Origin: Eledone cirrhosa
Lineage: Eukaryota
Length of the DNA: 64,000 nt
Assembly: GCA_964016885.1 (NCBI GenBank)
Contig: OZ024742.1
Span: 271,684,001 to 271,748,000 of the forward strand
Reading direction: 5' to 3'
A program made the position numbers and the translations under genes. Shown one piece after another: positions 1 to 12,764 of this stretch; the stretch's first letter is position 1, and every line of letters starts with the position of its first letter. The notes beneath the pieces are model-generated. The model saw nothing but the letters and a program-made list of their open reading frames with translations. It did not search any database and had not been told where the DNA came from.

Positions 1-1310
1 CTCTTTTTCTTTAGATATCTTGGTGGTGAGAATGGAGTGCCTTCAGTAAGGGTATTCCGATTATGGATGCTCTCCAGCTCCGAATTGGTGGGAAGGTTTG
101 AACCATTAGCTGATTTTTCTTCCCCAATCTGGTTCCTCTCAGAGGGACGCGGCTCTTTTTAACCCGGGTGACAGTTTTTATAATTTGACATTAGACTTTT
201 TTTGTTGCGTTTTATACTTAACCGCCAAGGGGTAATCGTTTCGAATTACCACTCCTAGGACGAATGTCAACCAAGACTACAGGGGTCGCCCTCCCTTAAG
301 ACACGGCTACTCCCCGCCGGCCACCATCCCGGTATTTCTTGGTCACAGTTTTTTTCTTGGATGGGGGAGGGGGGGGGGGGGTAAATTGTTATTATTATGA
401 GTGGTTCCTTAACGTGATCCCTGTGTGGCTAATAAAGAAATTATTAATAAAATATGCTTGTGGCCTTTGTTGAAGTTGCCTTTGTTGTTCTTGGCTATGC
501 CAGTGGTGCTGGGGCTTTTCCGGAGGGTGGAAGGGAGTTATATTGTTGGTGGGGGTTTTGGGTGCCAGTGTAGCTGTTAATGTTGAGATGTTCAAAATTT
601 CATTTTGGCCGGGTCACTAAGTCCGTCTATTTATATCCTTTTGTAGCTTCTTCCTTTCTAGTCTTTTCTAGTGTTACTGCTACCTTTCCTGTCCTCCTCA
701 ACAAATTTGATGTCAACTTTTCTTAAGTTAACAGAAGGTTGTGGGGGAGTAGTGGTGGTAACAATGAGGGAGTAGTGGCGGGGATGGAGTAGCAGTGGCG
801 GTGGAGATGGAGTAATGGCACTGTAGTGATGGCGTTGTTGTTGCTGTTGGTTTGTCTCGGCTAAATTTTGTAGCCATTACAATGTGTTGTTTTGTTTGTT
901 TGATTTTTTGATACTTTTTCCCCCTTATTCTGTTCAGTAGCTTTATGGTTTGTTAGTTGTATCTAATATACATGCTGACAACCTTACTTAATATTTGACC
1001 TAAATATTTTTTCAGAAAACTTGTGATACAATAATAAATAATTATTATTAAGCTGGGATTGGTGGTGGTGGTGGTGAAATTGCCGTTATTTGGCTGTTGT
1101 ATTCAGTGTACGCAGAGGGTTTTTTCTTCTATTTGTAAATAATTTCTTTCTTTAATATAAAATTTCTAATACAAAATTAGATATTTGAGCCATATGACAG
1201 TGTATTACGGGACCTCACTCCTGAGTGCAAGGCTGATGCCTTATGTCCCATTTGCAAACAATTTTCTCTTCCAATTTAAGTTCAACCTTTCTCACCGAGC
1301 TTAGGATAAA
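1..1310 (-). mobile_element. 5' portion (5'UTR and low-complexity ORF1 remnant) of a Tx1/L1-like non-LTR retrotransposon, running off the window start
   Basis: The minus strand has N/T/P/Q-rich low-complexity coding-like sequence similar in style to ORF1 at 30.6-31.9 kb. The motif at 1190-1250 (minus GGGACATAAGGCATCAGCCTTGCACTCAGGAGTG) resembles the 5'UTR of the full element at 32060-32120 (GGGATATAAGCCCTTAGACTTTGCCTTCTGAAGCGG). No RT is visible. Confidence 0.45.
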
Positions 1311-1328
1311 ATAATGCAAGTTAGTCAT

Positions 1329-2466
1329 TTAGTGAGATCATTGAGCTTGATGTATGCTGCAAAATGTTTTTATTCGAGGCACTATTTTAGGCAGTTTTAA
1401 TCATAAATCTCCTCGTTTTGTGATATCCAATCGATGTATTTTTTCTAGAAATACGTCATTGACAGCAGTAAAACCACATTTTACCTTATATGAGAATGTT
1501 AAATGTAACAATAATTTCCTTGTCAAATTATTTGAATTTGGGTATTTAACCTATGTCTCTTCACTGAGCCACATAATAGTTTTCTTAATGTTGAATATAA
1601 TATTAACAGACTCATCAATTTGTATTTCTGTCAGTTCTTCTTGATACTGCATGGTCAATTCAGATAAGTCCATGTAACGTTTGTTTTAATATAACTGTCT
1701 TCTTTCTTTTATAATCACCCAGAATAACAGTATTATATGCATTACAACATCAGCAAATGCTAGAAACAAAATCATTTTGAACTTGATAGAGCCGTCTTCT
1801 GATAATTAAAGCTCGGTAACTCGTCTACAACGTGACTGAAAAACAAAGCTGCAGTCGGCAGTACGTACATGTTACGTACCAAACACGTTTAATACAGGTT
1901 AATCCATTACTAGTGACAGTACCTTCCTAATCTGAATGTTATCTACGTAATAAAAATCCTGCTGACAATACATACGGAACATTTTTTAAAAATTCTATCG
2001 CATAGTTTCTCGAATAATCATTGCACATAGTTGATACGGAACAGTCGTTCTGAACTAAAGGTAGTAGTCACTTCCTTTAATTTATGCCCGCAGTGATACC
2101 CTACTTAATATCTTGTAATTGTTGCTATTATCACTACTTCACCATGGCGTGTATTGCCGTCTCTATTCATATAAGTTGCCGTCAGTATGTTCAATAGGGT
2201 CAGTACAATATAGGCAATTATTTTATAACAGATTACCAGGAAAGTAACTACAGTTTGTAAATGATAATACTTTGTATCAGGGAACACGTTTCACTCAACT
2301 TTCTCGCTAGCCGTGTGAAGCGATATATGACATGAGATACAGCGATGATCAAAATCAACTCCAACGTGTAAAGACACTGCTCGAAGTGTAACTGGAAGTT
2401 TAGTCGTATTATATCACTTTCAAATTAACCCCTTGTGGGGCGTGTGCCCCACGTTGGGAATCACTG
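1329..2466 (-). mobile_element. Internally deleted hAT-Charlie/Buster-type DNA transposon remnant
   Basis: Minus 1680-1329 reads EELTEIQIDE...MWLSEET*VKYPN...SYKVKCGFTAVND...RLDITKRGDL*LKL...HQAQ*SH, the hAT C-terminal dimerisation domain with stops. A Charlie-type terminus CAGTGATTCCCAACGTGGGG starts at 2466 on the minus strand. Confidence 0.7.
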
Positions 2467-4719
2467 ATGTAAAGCAATTGGTTGGATTATTCGCATATAC
2501 AATCATTTCTTCAGAAAAAATTAAAGGAAAATCGCAAAATGTCACTAAATGTGTCGTTAATATCCAATTGGATCATGTATAGTATTTTGTTATTAATCAA
2601 TAAACTTTGTTGCAATAATATCGAAATATATCTGAGAACTTAAAGTGGGGTTTGATCTCACACTGAGAACCATTTTCAATTACAGTCTACTTGCAAACAT
2701 ATTTCGATGAAAGTTTCAAATCTATGCTTCGTTGTCATAGCTGCTTACTTATGAAAACGCAGATACGGCAAGGGCATTCGATAGATACAATCTGTTTTAA
2801 TCAGTTAAATACTTCTAAACATGCACCAAGACACACTCTGTTGCACTGTAAATTATCTGGACACATTCAATCAAATTTTTTTGTTTGGGGGGGGGGGGGG
2901 GGTTACCAATGATGATGTCACTGTGCTGCCACTTTCGTCAATTTTCCTTAACATCTTTCTGAGCACTCGTCATTTCTCGTTACTATAAACAGTCCTCTAA
3001 GCTCTGCATTACAGTTTAAGTTGTTTTGATTCGTTTTAAATTCATTGGTTTTCAACCCTATTTATTCGTTTTGCCTTGAAACAATATCTAAAAAATAACC
3101 AGTGTTTTAGCTTTTATACTTTATCTGATAAAGTTATGTGTTATCTTATATCTATCACTACGTTTACGTTATATTTTCAACAAATAAAGATATAATAGAT
3201 TTTATGAACTTCCACTTTAAACATTTCTCAACTATCTTATGCTTTTTTACTTAACTTTATTCACGTGAATATGTGTATATATATGCGTGTGTACGTGGGT
3301 GTTTATGTGTGTATGTGTTATGAATGTGTATGTACTACGTTTTTGTTTGCATGTTTTCTCACAGATATTTGTTATTAATATCTACCAACTTTTTTCCTAA
3401 ATTTTTCAATGTTATACATGAATATAATGTTGAAACCAAATATGTCATTCAGCCCATCATATTAGAATTGTCGTCAAGAAATCAAGTGCTGTAACTGCAT
3501 TCAGACTGTCTGAATTAAAGTGCAATTGTAGTGATGTTTCTCTTTTACGGAAATTACAAAGGAATGCGCACCTTAATTACTTAATTACAAATTATCTGCG
3601 AATATAGTAGGGCCTCCGTTACAAAACATCACTATTACATAGAAGGTATGAATATGAATTTTCTAGAGCACATCATTTTATTCTATAAATGTTCCGATTC
3701 TTATACTGGAATATATAATCTAGACGTTAATGTAGACGTTTCAACATATATTATGTTTTGCCTAGAGCAAATTATTTGAAGTTTCTGAACACATAAACCG
3801 ATACATCTTCTATCCTATATCCACTGACTTTTAATGTTTTAGTTAAAAGGGGAGTGTTGGGTCCATTAGACGTATCAATACTTCTATATGGTGGTGGATC
3901 TACGGCCGGCCAAATACATTTATCAATGAGGAATACGCTTACGTCACACATAAGCCGAATTGTGAACTGAAGCAGAGGCTTAGAAGACATACAATAGAGT
4001 AGGAACATGCCCCCCTGATAGGCTTCAACACAGTTTCTCTTCACGAATTTTCAAACAAGACGTTGGTGTATTGATGATATAATAGAAGTCAGTTCCCAAA
4101 GTATAATGCATATTAAATGAGCATGACGTTACCAAGTTAGTATGCTAACGTTGTAACCTTCCATCAATTTTTTAACCTAATACATGTGATATTGATTATT
4201 ATTCAAAGAATTTAAGCGGTGTAAGTAACATACATATGACTACATCTTGCCTCACCAGAAAACTTACCAGCAACGCTATGACAACCAAGATTTAGACTTT
4301 AATATATTAACAATAATTATACTGTCTTCATCGTATTTGAATACTGTTCACTTGTTTTCAGTTTATGGTTTGTGAATATTGTGAATATCGTGTTTAAAGC
4401 GAGAATATCTGCTTCTTCATGCAAAGATTATATTTGCTGAGATATGATTGCTTTTACTTGGAAACACACTCATAAAATAGATAAACTTTTAAATATTAAG
4501 AGTTGGTATATTAGTAAATATATTTGTTTTACTTACTGTTGATAGTATATTTATTTTAGTTGGATAGCTTGAAGTAGCGCCGATTGAGCAGATATGATTA
4601 TTATAGATTCACAATGTCTGTATCATTACCCATAGTATTGCCATACATCTGTGTGTTTTAAAACGTCTCATCTTCTGGATAAATAAAATATAGCATAAAT
4701 AGCAATATATGTGAATGTG

Positions 4720-5005
4720 CTGTTATCCCTCGGGCACTGGTTCGGCAAACATAAAAAAAAACTGCAAAGATATGATATAATTAGCCCGAAAACCTGTGCT
4801 AAATGCTTGCGATAAACAGCATCTGACACTCGATGGAATTGTGATGTCAAAACGGGCGATAAGTGTCCCATGGGCTTCTATAGAGGCTCCGTCTACGCAA
4901 TTTCACAGAAAACGCATGAATCGACATGATACTATAATAATTTAGTCTTACCAAGATGTCCCGGATTAGGATCGAAGTTGCTACCTAAACCATACACTGT
5001 CCACT
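4720..5005 (-). mobile_element. Old, degraded SINE of a second family
   Basis: Segment ggcttctatagaggctccgtctacgcaatttcac...cttaccaagatgtcc...ggatcgaa...ctacctaaaccatacactgtccac resembles the reverse strand of a tRNA-head octopus SINE. Highly diverged; recognised from memory. Confidence 0.35.
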
Positions 5006-5084
5006 CTTTATAGTAACTGAAAGAAATCCTTATGCTCCTATATACCTGATAAATATAAATAAATCACAAATATATGAGAAATTA

Positions 5085-5296
5085 AGTTTACGTTCGGTTT
5101 GCGGTTAGGTTTAGTGTTAATTTTTATGGTTAATAATTTAACGTAAGTGGTGAGTGTTGGATTTAAGTTTCGGCTTCAATGTTAAAACTCGTGCTTACGT
5201 TTTATTAGAATTTAGAGTTATGGTTAGTGTTATCGATTAGAGTTGGGACTAAAATTTAGAACTATGTTTTGCGTTATGGTTTAGGGTGAGTGTTTA
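5085..5296 (+). repeat. Degenerate TTAGGG-like hexamer array
   Basis: Run of ~6-nt units such as ttaggt, ttagtg, ttatgg, ttagag and ttaggg. Confidence 0.55.
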
Positions 5297-6691
5297 TTAT
5301 TTCACTCACTTTTCGGTTGACATGAGGCTACGTAAATATACTGGCTTCAGTGATATGAAAATACTTTAATGTAGTGTAAACGCACGGTATTCTATGTTAT
5401 ATATTGTTATATGCTCAAGTTTTATCTATGATGAATGAAGAAAATTTTCCAAATATGACATTTACTGTATCTCCGCACAAATTATTTCTGGGGAAAAGTC
5501 TTACAAGTATGAACCTAATGATGATATTCATCTACTTCTTACATGTTCATCGTTCATACTTGTTCCGGTTTCTTGTTAGATTTTTCTTTTGCATTCTGAT
5601 ATCAAAGCTCGCTTTTCATGTGCTGTTGATATGATTGTGCATTATGGTTAATTCATTGTTATTAGACAAATAAGTAAACTTTGTAGGAATGGCTACGTTA
5701 TATTCCTAACCTTAAGTATTGGATTAGATGTCCAGGAAACTTACCTAGACATATATCAATTTGTCTAAATGTTAAAAGGCACATATAGAATCTTCATTAC
5801 ATACACCATGGACAGATTTTACTGTGTCTGTAGTCATAAGCTGATGAAATGTGTTTTTTTTAAAATTATCTATGGAAGTAAATACTACATATGTATTTAG
5901 GTATATATAAGTTGAACTAAAATAAAAGATAAAAACTCTATGATAATCACAATATAATAAAGGGAGGAGTGCGGGACTGTTTCCTGAATATAGATTTTTA
6001 TCTCGTTTGTAAAATAAGTTGTAATAGTTTGAATAAATAATGAATGAATATTACAAAATGTATGCTCTAAATTTCGTAGATGCTGATTAAACATAAATAT
6101 TCTTATATATAATGATTGCTTATTTTGAGATTCACTCCTTTCAAAATATTCAAATGTCAATACTTCCGGTTATGATATAACGTGCACTATATAATATCGC
6201 TTATATGTTTGCATCATAACTTTTATATATTTGCATCATAACTTTTATATTTCCGTCAATAATTTTCTCCTTTATTGTTTTCATAACATTTCACCGTAAT
6301 GTAGTTTATATATAATATCGTATTTTTTAATTGTATCATGGATTACTTTATTCATTACAGAAGGCAGCTCAACACGGTATCTCTTCAATTTCTGTGCATA
6401 TTGTCAATTACGATTTCATTTGACGCATCACATCTGCATGCATACATATTTGCGTATAATATCAATATGTACACTACACATGCTAGTAGACAACCACTTT
6501 AAAGGTGGTTTTTCTGTTAATCTGGATAATGATTTTTAATTTAAAAAAAAATGTAGTGAAAACGTAAATAATTCGAATAAATAATTAAATGGGTGTAAGA
6601 AAAATGAACGTGTATAACACATTAATACTTATTCGTTTACTGCTTAACATCTCATAAATGCCTGTTGGTTTGAATACCCACAGGCATATAC

Positions 6692-6707
6692 AGAGAGAGA
6701 AAGAGAA

Positions 6708-6794
<87 letters not shown>
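6692..6794. repeat. (GA)n microsatellite
   Basis: Direct read of the sequence. Confidence 0.95.
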
Positions 6795-6797
<3 letters not shown>

Positions 6798-6859
6798 GAT
6801 TATTAGAAAGAAACATTTTTTTTTTCAGTTATTTTTTCCGGGGTTAGAAAATGTTTAAA

Positions 6860-7770
6860 ACAAATTGTTATACTTTGTGTGAAGTGTCAAAGCATTAATT
6901 AATTCATTTATTAATTAACAATAACATGAATTTATTTATTTATTTATTAATTAACAATTACGTGTTTCAGCATTTTATGCATTTTCAAATTGTATGAGTG
7001 GGAGAGAAAAAAAAAAGGAATTTGTTTTTGTACAAAATGTAGAACAGAAATTAAGGTGATGTTAAACATTTTACTGGAAGTAATGGAGGTTTGGGAAAAA
7101 GGAAAACATATTATTTACAAACATGGTATTTGAAGACAAACAGTGCAAGCATTGTTTTTTAGTCGAGATTGCTGGAAAATGTTCCTTCTTTGAGGAAGCA
7201 AATGGCCGTCCGGTACTGGATGCATTTTCCCTTAGAGAATTAATATGCAAAAAGAGAGGAGAGGGGGAAATTCATTTATTTAAGAAAAAGGAATAGGCAG
7301 GGTCTGATGGAGGTAACTCCTTAGAGAACACAGACATTTGAGATATGGGTAGCGTAGATATAGAAGTAAAATAGTCTCTTATGGGTGATTCTATGGTTCA
7401 CTGTTCATTCTACTTTTAGTTTAGTCCGAAGTTTAGTCCATTTAGAAAGGGTTGGAATTTATTAATGAAGTACGTTTCCTTATTAGTGCGCTGGATGAAA
7501 GAAGAATTGTCTATGAATTTGTAGATGGAGAACATTCTAAAGTTTGGTAGTTGGGCAGGTGTACATTTGGCGATATGTTCAGTAAGAGAAATCTTTCTGT
7601 ATACCTGTATTTTGATTTGTTATCTACGGACGGTCATACGTTGTCTTTTGTCTGTCCTATGCAGTGCTCTCGAAAACCTGAGCAGGTCAAAACATAGATT
7701 AGGTTTTCAGATGCACATGTAAAGTTGTATTTAACTGTGAAATGTTGTCCTTGTTTAAAGTGGAATGTTG
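6860..7770 (-). mobile_element. Penelope-like element 3' part: GIY-YIG endonuclease remnant, 3'UTR and pLTR
   Basis: The minus strand (not in the ORF track) reads FHFKQGQHFTVKYNFTCASENLIYVLTCSGFREHCIGQT...RMTVRR*QI...SLTEHIAKC...KETYFINKFQPFLN, a PLE GIY-YIG pattern (LIY..TC..C...YIGQT). A hammerhead motif lies at its 3' end. Confidence 0.8.
6954..6993 (-). ncRNA. Type I hammerhead ribozyme, U3-A8 core variant
   Basis: Minus: ACAAT-TTGAAAA-T-GCAT-AAA-ATGC-T-GAAA-CACG-TA-ATTGT. Stem I ACAAT/ATTGT, stem II GCAT/ATGC, minimal stem III. Confidence 0.6.
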
Positions 7771-7775
7771 AACCT

Positions 7776-7970
7776 TCTATTAGATGTATGCATATACCAC
7801 AGTGGTTCCCTTGAAATATATATAATAGAATAAATATGGTTTCATAAAAATAGTTTCCATTTATTTAATATCATTGAATATTTACACCAGAAAACTGTCG
7901 AGTGCTCTGAATCAGTTATAAACATTTATATTTGTTGAATTTCCAACAAATTAAATGTCCTTTCTACTAT
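7776..7970 (+). mobile_element. Solo Penelope pLTR of the same family as 20690-20960, 50316-50580 and 53580-53765, with a decayed hammerhead
   Basis: Shares CCTTGAAATATRTATAAT...ATATGGTTT..T.AA.ATAGTTTCCATTT...TGTCGAGTGCT with those copies and ends in (TA)n. Confidence 0.7.
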
Positions 7971-8140
7971 ATATATATATATGTATGTATGTGTGAATAT
8001 ATACATCATTCAGTCATATGACCAGATTTCAACCCCAACATCTACAACAACAACATCAACTGCCACCACCATCCAGCGCCGCTATCGCCATCACCATCAC
8101 CAGCGATCGTGTCTTAAGAAAACAATAACTTTAATAATAA

Positions 8141-8291
8141 TAATTGTTCTGCTTTTGGCACGGAGACATCGATTGTCCCAGCGCATTATTGATGCACTCT
8201 TTTGTTGACTCCGTGGGGATGAAAGGCAAGGTTGACCTCGGCGGGATTTCAGCTCGGAGCGTGGAGGGCCATAGGTCTATGCTGTAAAGCA
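8141..8291 (-). mobile_element. tRNA-derived SINE (dominant family), partial
   Basis: Contains GGATGAAAGGCAAGGTTGACCTCGGCGGGATTT, the reverse complement of the family core. Confidence 0.8.
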
Positions 8292-8395
8292 ATTATAATA
8301 ATACTGAACGGTAACACGAACGGCTTCAACTATACGCTATACGAACTCTTTCGAAAGTCAACAGTTGACATAATCTTGTATCAGTAATGACGGTA

Positions 8396-8443
<48 letters not shown>

Positions 8444-8579
8444 GGGGGGGGGGTGAGTAGCGTGTGTGTGTTTGTTTGTATGCATGAGTGTTGGTGTGTG
8501 CACACGTATGTATGTGTGTGTGTATGTCGTACGTATGAGTGTCAATAAGTGAGTTGTATTTATGCGCGGAGACATAGAA

Positions 8580-11500
8580 ATAGTCGGGCTGGATACCCGA
8601 TTGCGCAGTTAAAGCACTGGGAGTGAAGAACCCCTACCCCTTGTCAGGGCATTCTTCTAGGAGAAGGCATCTCAGGAAACTGGGTTAACTCCGATATAAA
8701 ACCTGCGGCACAATAGTTACCGATGATGTTGAACTTTTCTTCCTTTCGGGTTATAGCTACTGTCGCTCAGAGAGTGGGATTGGCTCAGTGTACAGTCGTT
8801 GCTCACTTTAAAAATATTCTTCACGCACATGCATTGCACGATTGCATTAATTAATAATTATTAATAGTGTATTATTATTATTGTCATTATTGTTACTATT
8901 ATTATTACTTTTTGTTCCAAAACAATATAAAAGAGATAATTGGCAATAAGGGTCCTGGAACAAAAGAGATAATTGGCAATAAGGGCAGGGGCCTCATGTT
9001 ATCACAGCCTGAGACCGCTCGTAATCGTGCCACTGTAATAGAACCAAACAAGGCATTTATTCTTGGATGCTGGAACGTACGGACGCTGCTTGAAATGGAT
9101 TCCTTGGAGCGTCCTAAACGAAGGACCGCTCTTGTTGCAAAGGAGCTTCAATGTTAAGATCTTGACATCGTAGCTTTATCTTTGACAAGGTTAGCTGGAG
9201 ATGGTCATCTTACAGAATTTTGTGGAGAATATACATTCTTCTGGAAAGGAAGAAATGAAGGAACCAGAAGAGAGGCTGGGGTAGCAGTTGCTGCTAAGAC
9301 CCTTCTTGTGGATAAATTAGAAGAATTCCCAGTAGGGATTAGTGAGCGTCTTAAGTCCATGAGAATTCCGCTGGACAAAGGAAGATATGCGACCCTGGCG
9401 AGTGTGTATGCTCCAACTATGAATTCTGTCGATGAAGAAAAAGTGTCATTTTACCATGCCTTGAAAGGTGTTTTAAGAAATATCCCTCAGGCAGACAAGT
9501 CATCGTGCTATGTGACTTTATTGCTAGAGTGGGTAGGGATTTTAACACATGGAATGTACTCGGAAGGCATGAGGTGGGAAAGTGTAACAACAATGGTATG
9601 TTCCTGCTGCAGATATGTGAGGAGCTGGATCTGTGTGTTACCAACACCATGTCCCAACAAAGGAACAAATTTAAGACTACATCATGTAGTCTTAAATTTG
9701 TTCCTTAGATTCTAAGGAATGGCATTTTTGGACTACGTCCTTGTTAGGATGCGTGAGAGACGGGATGTGCAATGTGTTCGTGCTCTGCGTGGAGCTGAGC
9801 GCTGGACGGCCCACCGCCTGGTACGAGCAAAAGTGAGACTAATCACTAAACGTAAAAATCCGGGCTCCTGGTGTTACCCTGCCCAGAAGGTTTAATGCTG
9901 CTCGTCTTAGGGATAAACATATGAAAAGGATATTGCGAGAAGAGATGCAGGTTGCAGATCTTGGTGAGGATTGGCCGACCCTTAAAAAGTCGGTTTATGA
10001 TGTAGGCAGGTGTGTTCTGGAATTGGTGCAGAGAAAACATCAAGACTGATTTAATGAGAATGATGAACATATAGAAGACTTGTTAGCTGATAAGAGGCAT
10101 GCTCTGTGACGCTACTTGACGGCAAAACCACAGGAGAAGAATATGTTGCCTAAGGAACTCAATGATGTGAAATCACGTGTTAGTCGGAGTCTTTCTCAGA
10201 TGAAGGATCAGTGGTGGAATGAGAAGGCTGATGAGATACAAACTGCGTCAGATTCCAATAACACAAAGCTGTTGTACAGTCTCTTGCGTGAAGTTTATGG
10301 AACATCTTCTTCTCTGTGGACACCGCTTCGCAGCAAGGTTGGCAAAGAACTTCTTCGTGACTCATAAGGAATTCTACGAAGGTGGCGTGAGCACTTTCAT
10401 GAATTTTTAAATTAGCCGTCTGTCGTCAATGAAGATTTCCTCAATCTCATTCCAGAAAGTCCTGTAAAAGTAGCTCTCTGAGAACCTCCGGCGCTTGTGG
10501 ATGTTGTAGTGGCTATCTCGAAGCTGAACAGTGGAAGGTCTCCAGGTATGGATGGCATACATGCAGAGCTCCTACAATATGGAGATGAGAGACTTCTGCA
10601 ACATCTTCACTCTTTGTTTGGCAGAATATGGACTAATGAATCCGTACCTGAGGACTGGATAGATGCAGTAATGGGAAAGGATAACAGGAATGATTGTGGG
10701 AACTACAGAGGTATATCATTGCTTTCTGTCGTTGGGAAAGTTTTATGTTGGGTGCTTCTGGACCGTCTGCTGACACACATTGCAGATTGTGTTCTTCCTG
10801 ATTTCGTGCTGGATGCGACACTACTGATATAATCTTCTCAGCTAGACAGCTCCAGGAGAAGTGCATGGAACAAGATTTGGATCTGTATCAGGTTTTTGTC
10901 GATCTGACAAAAGCTTTAGGTACTGTTAACAGAAATGTATTATGGAAGGTTCTCCAGAGACTTGGTTGCCCTGATAAGTTCCTTGCTTTAGTCAGGTCTT
11001 TCCATGACGACATGAAGGCTTGGGTTAATGTCGGATGTAACATGTTGGAGCCTATCTCCGTAAAAAATGGAATGAAACAGGGGATATTCCAGCACCGACC
11101 CTCTTTGCCATATACTTTGCAATGGTTTTTTGTATTGCATTCAAGAAATTGCGAGCATGGTGTTTACATCCGATATGGAACCTCAGGCAGCATATCTAAC
11201 ATGAGGCGCTTTGCTGCAAAAAACAAAAGTATTTACATCAATCATAGGAGACCTCTTGTATGCAGATGATTACGATCTTGTAGCGCACACAGAGATAGTG
11301 ATATGCAGCAAATTTTGAATGCATTTTCTGATGCTTGCACTGCCCTAGGATTGACTGTCAGTCTCAAGGAAACCGTCGTCATGTAGCAACCTGTCCCTGG
11401 TAAGCAGTACAGTGAACCAAATATCTATGTATGGCAAACGACTTGGGGTGGTTGATCAGTCTGTCTACCTGGGAAGCATTGTCAATCAATACAGCAACCT

Positions 11501-12447
11501 TGATAATGAAATCCCACTCAGGATTAGGAAAGCAAGTGATGCTTTCGGAAAGCTAGAAAGGCGACTTTGGGGTCGGCGAGACATATGCAAGAAGACAAAG
11601 TTAAAGGTGTACAAGGCATGTGTGCTCTCTTCTCTTCTGTATGCCTGCGAGACCTGGGTCACATATCGATACCAGCTTAAGCAATTGGAGCGTTTCCATC
11701 AGATGTGTCTGAGACGGATCCATGGCGTTCACTGGAGGGACCACATCAGTGATGTCAAGATTTTGGAAAGTTCTCTGTGTGACAGTATAGAAGCTCTTGT
11801 TCTTAAGCAACGACTCCGTTGGAGTGGTCACTTTGCCAGGATGAAGGATTCTAGAATACCAATACAACTCTTTTATGGAGAGATAGTTAAAGGAAACCGA
11901 CCTCCACATAAACCAAAAAAGAGGTATAATGATTCCTTGAAAACCTCTTTGAAAGACGCTAACATCTCTACTGATACATGGGGAAATGTTGCTGCTGATC
12001 GTAATAAATGGAGAAAGATTGTATATGATGGTAAAGTTCCCTTTTAGGCATTTCGTATCGCATACGAGAAAGTAAAGCGTGATGTGAGGAGGGGCATTGT
12101 TGTGGCATTTCCAGGCGGCAAAGGTCCTCCTATGTCGCTGACATGCAGCGTCTGTACGAGACTCGGTCTAAGCAAAGCTGGACTCGAAAGTCATCTTCGC
12201 AGTCATACAGTGAGACTAGTGGTTGACTACCAGGCTGCTGTTGGAGATGCTATTCATCATGCTTGCCAAGCATCTGGTAGATAATATAAATCAGCAGAAG
12301 GGCTCAAACGACATGCAAAAGTACATGAACTTCAACCACAGCCGGTTATTCGCAGTGAATGTTTTGGTTGTCAACTCTGTGCAAGGCATTTTAGATCATT
12401 GGCTGCGCTAAAAAGCCACATTCGATCGCAGCACTGTTAATTGCTAT

Positions 12448-12532
<85 letters not shown>

Positions 12533-12693
12533 GTTTATATGTGTATATATATATATATGTATATGTATATTATTATTGTTGTTGTTGTCGATATTAATGG
12601 TGTTATTATTAATATTATTATTGTTATAATTATGGGCTTTTTTTTTCTTTCTCGTGCAATGGCCATATTCGATTACGAGGGGGCAGCCATCAT
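8580..12693 (+). mobile_element. Near full-length RTE/BovB-like LINE, pseudogenised
   Basis: APE endonuclease (ILGCWNVRTLL, SVYAPT, DYVLVR), RT (SPGMDGI, NYRGISLLSVVGK, VFVDLTKA, LLYADD) and thumb (SLLYACETW, RLRWSGH), broken by many stops and frameshifts. 5'UTR 8580-8830. RTE-type 3' end GGCCATATTCGATTACGAGGGGGCAGCCATCATCA at 12661-12695, separated from the ORF by an (AC/TG)n-(TAT)n tract. Confidence 0.92.
9040..12440 (+). pseudogene. Disrupted APE-RT-(C2H2)x3 polyprotein of the RTE element
   Basis: ORF pieces 8867-9157, 9182-9715, 10116-10367, 10497-10832, 10865-11269, 11412-12047 and 12084-12284, with an in-frame continuation to TAA at 12438-12440. Confidence 0.9.
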
Positions 12694-12763
<70 letters not shown>

Positions 12764-12764
12764 T

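Noticed and set aside
2091-2466. Complete hAT MITE bounded by CAGTGATACCC / GGGAATCACTG
   Set aside because: The flanking 8-mers do not match as a TSD. The right end is better explained as the 5' terminus of the larger hAT remnant.
5085-5296. Telomere or chromosome-fusion site
   Set aside because: Short, highly degenerate and in one orientation only; such tracts are common inside transposons.
5841-5885. CTGATGA as a hammerhead start (also 42339-42345 on the minus strand)
   Set aside because: No stem II followed by GAAA, and no stem I.
8929-8985. 24-bp direct repeat AAAAGAGATAATTGGCAATAAGGG as a target-site duplication
   Set aside because: The copies are only 9 bp apart, which is a local tandem duplication and not element flanks.
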